Below, piece by piece: positions 34,745 through 38,225 of a stretch of DNA of 38,225 nucleotides. Under the pieces are notes generated by a model. It saw only the letters and a list, made by a program, of their open reading frames with translations, had not been told where the DNA came from and ran no database searches. Position 1 is the first letter of the stretch, and the number at the start of each line of letters is the position of its first letter. Where the stretch lies: IMG/VR virus record IMGVR_UViG_3300033407_000063, positions 1-38,225 of that record; one strand, given 5' to 3'. Source of the DNA: a virus. Its lineage: Duplodnaviria > Caudoviricetes. The position numbers and the translations under genes were made by a program.

Positions 34745-36058
34745 ATGAGCGAGCCCAACGGCCACACCGACTCCGACTCCGAACAGCAGGCGCCCGATCC
34801 AGAGGTGCCACCCACCACCCAGAGCCTCGCGACCCGCGAGCGCAAGCCCATCATCAACTTCGAGGCCGGCCGCGGCCTGGTCGCCCAAGACCTCGATGGC
34901 CTCTGGCGCATCGGCAACGCGATCGCCGCCTCGAACTTCTGCCCGAAGTCGCTTCGCCAGGGCCCACAGACGACGGCGAACATCGTCATCGCCTGCGCTC
35001 AAGGTGGTGAGCTCGGGCTGACGATCATGCAGTCGCTGCAGTCGATCGCCGTCATCAACGGGATGCCGTCGATCTACGGCGATGCAGCCCTTGCGCTCGT
35101 GCGGCGGTCGAAGGAGCTCAGCGCCTTCGAGGAGGCCATCTTCCGCTACTGTCCGGACTGCCAGGCCGGCCAGCTGACGGCTGACGCGGACGAGTTCAAG
35201 GCCGAGCTCAAGCAGATCCGGGACTCCCACCGCGCGAAGAAGTGCAGCAGCTGCGGCAAGAGCCTCGACAGCGACGACTACCTGACCGCGGTCTGCTACT
35301 CGCGGCGCGCCGGCGAGCCTCCGACCCTGCGACTCTCGACGTTCTCGGTTCAGGACGCGAAGCGCTCGAAGCTCTGGGGCAAGGCCGGGCCCTGGACCGA
35401 GTACCCTCAGCGGATGCTCATGTGGCGCGCCCGCGGCTTCAACCTGCGGGACAACTTCGGCGACATCCTGAAGGGTCTCTACACCTACGAGGAGGCCCGC
35501 GACGCGCCGGCCGAGGAGCTTCGGTCCGAGTGGGCCGCGCCCCAGGAGAAGCCCGACGCCGGGATGATCCCGGTCGACGGCACGAACGTCATCGACATCA
35601 AGCCGGAGCCGCAGGCCGCCGCTCCCTCGGTCGCCTCCTCCCAGGCTGCCCAGGACGCCGCCGCGGCTCCGGCCACGACCACCAGCAAGCCCGCGCGCAC
35701 ACGCAAGGCGAGCCCGCCCGCGGGGCCCGCCTCCGACCCCACCGGCGAACAACCCCCCGCGGAGCCGGATCCGCCGACCGAGACCAGTCCACCCCCCGTG
35801 GCTGCCGCGGTCGCGGCTCCGAGCTCCGCGGGGTCGCCGCAGGCACCGATAGGCGTCATCCTGCCCGACCGCTACTCCGAGCTCGAGCCGGGCGACCGTA
35901 TCGAGATCTGGCTGAGCAAGATCCAGGAGGCCGCCTCCATCGAGGGCCTGGCCGCCATCGGCGGCAAGCTGCGCGAAGTGGAGGAGCAGGGCGGCCCGGT
36001 GCGCGAGCACGTCAAGGCCGCCTACCAGGCCCGGGGCAAGCAGCTGCGCGGTGCCTGA
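34745..36058 (+). CDS. RecT-like single-strand annealing protein with a zinc-ribbon insertion
   Basis: ATG 34745 after AAGGAGG; GGELGL..MQSLQSIAVINGMPSIYGDA, FSVQDAK..KLWGKAGPWTEYPQRML..RA and LRDNFGDILKGLYTYEE motifs; Pro/Ala linker and small C-terminal helical domain. Confidence 0.8.
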   Translation: MSEPNGHTDSDSEQQAPDPEVPPTTQSLATRERKPIINFEAGRGLVAQDLDGLWRIGNAIAASNFCPKSLRQGPQTTANIVIACAQGGELGLTIMQSLQSIAVINGMPSIYGDAALALVRRSKELSAFEEAIFRYCPDCQAGQLTADADEFKAELKQIRDSHRAKKCSSCGKSLDSDDYLTAVCYSRRAGEPPTLRLSTFSVQDAKRSKLWGKAGPWTEYPQRMLMWRARGFNLRDNFGDILKGLYTYEEARDAPAEELRSEWAAPQEKPDAGMIPVDGTNVIDIKPEPQAAAPSVASSQAAQDAAAAPATTTSKPARTRKASPPAGPASDPTGEQPPAEPDPPTETSPPPVAAAVAAPSSAGSPQAPIGVILPDRYSELEPGDRIEIWLSKIQEAASIEGLAAIGGKLREVEEQGGPVREHVKAAYQARGKQLRGA

Positions 36059-36329
36059 CGATGTCAATGAGGTCATCGCCTCGCGCTTCGAGGCCATCGG
36101 GCTTCCTGGCTGGGCGGTCGAGGCTGCGCAGAACGGAGCCTTCGACGACTCGGGCTCCAAGTACACTCTCATGCGCATCCTCAACGCCGTGGGCGGTGAC
36201 GAGGGCCGGCGGCTCTCCTGGGACGTCCAGGAGGGCCTATGGCCGCCGTGGGAAGACGGACCACATGAGCCCGAAGACGACCCGGAGAAGCTAATCCGGG
36301 GGCATCGCCGGCTCAAGGAGGATGCCATC

Positions 36330-37535
36330 ATGGAAACACGCGATCGCTCGGAGGATCTCCCGAGCGGATCCGCCCTTGCGCGCGTCGAGAAGTGCAAGGC
36401 GGCGCTCATCCTGCCCAAGCAGGAGACGACCAGCTCATACGCCGAGCGGGGCTCGGTCATCCACCAATTTCTCGAGGACTGCCTGCGCCTCGGCGACCGG
36501 GACGCAGCCCTCGCCCTCGTGCCGGATGAGCATGTCCAGCTCTGCGAGCTCATCGACGTGGCGCGGCTGCCGGCGTCCCAGCCGGGCGCCTACCAGCAGG
36601 AGATGACCTTCGCCTGGAACCCGGACAGCGGCGAGGTGGCCAGCTACCGGGATGACCCTCGGTTCAAGGGCCGGCCCGATATCCGCAAGGAGTGGATCCT
36701 GTGGCGGGCCGACGTCGCTGCGGTGTCCAAGGACCGCGCCGCGGTCTACGTGGGCGACTACAAGACGGGCTACAGGGCTGTGACACCGGCCGCCCGCAAC
36801 TTACAGGTCATCGGGACCGCGTTCGCCGCCGCTCGGCTGTACAACGCCGAGACCGCGCACGTCGAGATCATCTACGTGCGCGAGTCGGACACCTTCTACA
36901 GCCGGGCCGAGCTCGACGTCTTCGCCCTCGAGGAGGTCGAGGAGCGGCTCTTGGCCTTGGTCAAGGAGATCCGCCAGTGGCGCGCGGTCTTGGCCAAGGA
37001 GAAGGACCGGCTACCGCCCCAGGTCATGGGCGAGTGGTGTCGCTACTGCCCGAGCTTCAGCTACTGCCCGGCGCAGCTCCGGCTCATCAACGCGCTGGGC
37101 AACCACCCGATGCTGCTCACGGCTGAGATCGATCGCCACCTGACGCCCGAGCTCGCGACCATTGCGGCGGAGAAGCTCTTCGCCGCCGAGCGGGCGATCC
37201 GGGCCGTCCACGAGGCGGTCTACCAGTACGCCGAGGAGCACCCGATCACGCTGGCCGATGGCCAGGTCCTGGGCCCCGTGGTCGATGAGCGCGAGTACCT
37301 CGACGGGCAGCGGACCTGGGAGGTGCTCGAGCAGCTGCACGGCATCGACATCGCGAAGGCGGGCTGCGAGCTCAAGAGCTCGAAGGCGGCGGTCCGGCGC
37401 GCCGTGACCCCGCTCAAGGACGGCAACCGTCGCACGATCAAGTCCATGGAGGATGAGGTCCTGAGCGAGTTGAAGTCGCGCGGCGGCATCAACGTCAAGG
37501 CCTCGCGCACGATCAAGGTGCACAACCCGAAGTGA
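36330..37535 (+). CDS. PD-(D/E)XK exonuclease, Cas4/RecB-like with predicted Fe-S cluster (possible upstream start at 36051)
   Basis: SGS...C, AERGSVIH, AD...DYKTG, Q...A and WCRYCPSFSYCP motifs; adjacent to the RecT-like gene. Confidence 0.8.
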   Translation: METRDRSEDLPSGSALARVEKCKAALILPKQETTSSYAERGSVIHQFLEDCLRLGDRDAALALVPDEHVQLCELIDVARLPASQPGAYQQEMTFAWNPDSGEVASYRDDPRFKGRPDIRKEWILWRADVAAVSKDRAAVYVGDYKTGYRAVTPAARNLQVIGTAFAAARLYNAETAHVEIIYVRESDTFYSRAELDVFALEEVEERLLALVKEIRQWRAVLAKEKDRLPPQVMGEWCRYCPSFSYCPAQLRLINALGNHPMLLTAEIDRHLTPELATIAAEKLFAAERAIRAVHEAVYQYAEEHPITLADGQVLGPVVDEREYLDGQRTWEVLEQLHGIDIAKAGCELKSSKAAVRRAVTPLKDGNRRTIKSMEDEVLSELKSRGGINVKASRTIKVHNPK

Positions 37536-37701
37536 GTGGCCCCCGATCCCGAGGTTCGAGCCGTGGTTGTGGGAGTGGCATCCTCCGACCTTCCCGAGCC
37601 AACGGATCGGGGCCTTTCCAGCCTGTAATGCCGAGGAGTGCCGAGCGGGCGGCTTGGGGCTGCGACTCCAGGCACGGAACCGCCTGTGTGAGGTAGGGAT
37701 T

Positions 37702-37740
37702 CGGGGCGGGGGACATTCGGCCTCCTCGCCCCACATTTTC
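37702..37740 (+). terminator. Possible intrinsic terminator
   Basis: GGGGCGGGGG...TCCTCGCCCC stem with G-U pairs, followed by ACATTTT. Confidence 0.4.
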
Positions 37741-37759
37741 CTATGAGAGGAGTAAGCGA

Positions 37760-38056
37760 ATGGACGAGGCAACCAACTTGATCGGGCAGATGGTCGTGGT
37801 CCGGTCTTCGCCCTCTGGCGTCTGGCTTGGACGGCTCGTAGCTAGAGAAGGCACGATGGTTACGCTGACGGCGGCTAGGCGCGCCTGGTCATGGGAAGGC
37901 GCGGCGAGCTGCAGCGGCCTCGCAGCCCGCGGTCCGCGCGGCGGCCGGATCGCGGAACCGGTGGCCGTAGCGATCATCGCCGACGCGTGCGAAGTTCTCG
38001 CGGCTACGCCAGTAGCCGTGATCGCCTGGGAGAAGATCCAGCCATGGGTCGCCTAG
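37760..38056 (+). CDS. Conserved small phage protein (DUF6948-like)
   Basis: IGQMVVVRS..SGVWLGRL......VTL..ARRAWSWEGAASCSGLA..G pattern; AGGAG RBS. Confidence 0.7.
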   Translation: MDEATNLIGQMVVVRSSPSGVWLGRLVAREGTMVTLTAARRAWSWEGAASCSGLAARGPRGGRIAEPVAVAIIADACEVLAATPVAVIAWEKIQPWVA

Positions 38057-38225
38057 GGTCCGGGTACGGGTCCGGGTCCGGGTCCGGGTACGGGTCCGGG
38101 TCCGGGGACGGGTCCGGGGACGGGTCCGGGTACGGGTCCGGGTCCGGGGACGGGTCCGGGTACGGGTCCGGGTCCGGGGACGGGTACGGGTACGGGGACG
38201 GGTCCGGGTACGGGTCCGGGTACGG
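38044..38225 (+). CDS. Gly-Ser/Tyr/Asp repeat protein (partial, runs off the window)
   Basis: ATG 38044 gives MGRLGSGYGSGSGSGY...; overlaps the end of the upstream gene, GGAG upstream. Confidence 0.6.
   Translation, partial: MGRLGSGYGSGSGSGYGSGSGDGSGDGSGYGSGSGDGSGYGSGSGDGYGYGDGSGYGSGY
38056..38225 (+). repeat. Hexamer tandem repeat GGG(TCC/TAC/GAC), about 28 units
   Basis: Directly visible in the sequence. Confidence 0.95.

Noticed and set aside
34670-36553. Upstream portion of the 751-aa minus-strand ORF
   Set aside because: Antisense to the RecT-like and nuclease genes; only the last 123 codons (from ATG 34669) look like a real gene.
37545-37620. tRNA suggested by GGTTCGAG
   Set aside because: T-arm geometry, D-arm and acceptor stem do not fit a cloverleaf.
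36330-38225. CRISPR-Cas locus (Cas4-like gene plus repeats)
   Set aside because: The repeats are spacer-less hexamers and there are no cas1/cas2 genes; the nuclease sits beside RecT as in phage recombination modules.
1-38225. Prophage boundaries, integrase, or reverse transcriptase/DGR
   Set aside because: No integrase, att-like junction, host genes or RT motifs were recognised, so lifestyle cannot be determined from this window.

Overview
This window is a high-GC (about 70% by eye) tailed-phage genome segment with podovirus-like morphogenesis genes. No integrase, host genes, tRNA or CRISPR were seen. The left arm (minus strand, 24817 to 1) is a late operon: probable TerS, a TerL split into separate ATPase and nuclease genes, portal, scaffold, major capsid, two adaptor-like proteins, nozzle/gp10-like tail protein, short fibre, ejection proteins, a 2712-aa polyvalent ejection protein (DdrB-like ParB domain, HExxH motif, three bipartite repeats) and the start of a probable M15 endolysin. 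The middle (24.8-28.9 kb) holds small genes, including an Acb2/Tad1-like sponge candidate and two paralogous beta-rich proteins, plus a ~0.9-kb non-coding divergent control region with repeats. The right arm (plus strand) is an early region of small Cys-rich ORFs, a DUF932-like protein, a RecT-like annealing protein with a zinc-ribbon insertion, a Cas4/RecB-like nuclease, a DUF6948-like gene and a (Gly-Ser/Tyr/Asp)n repeat gene running off the end. Family assignments come from motif recognition and synteny only; no searches were run.
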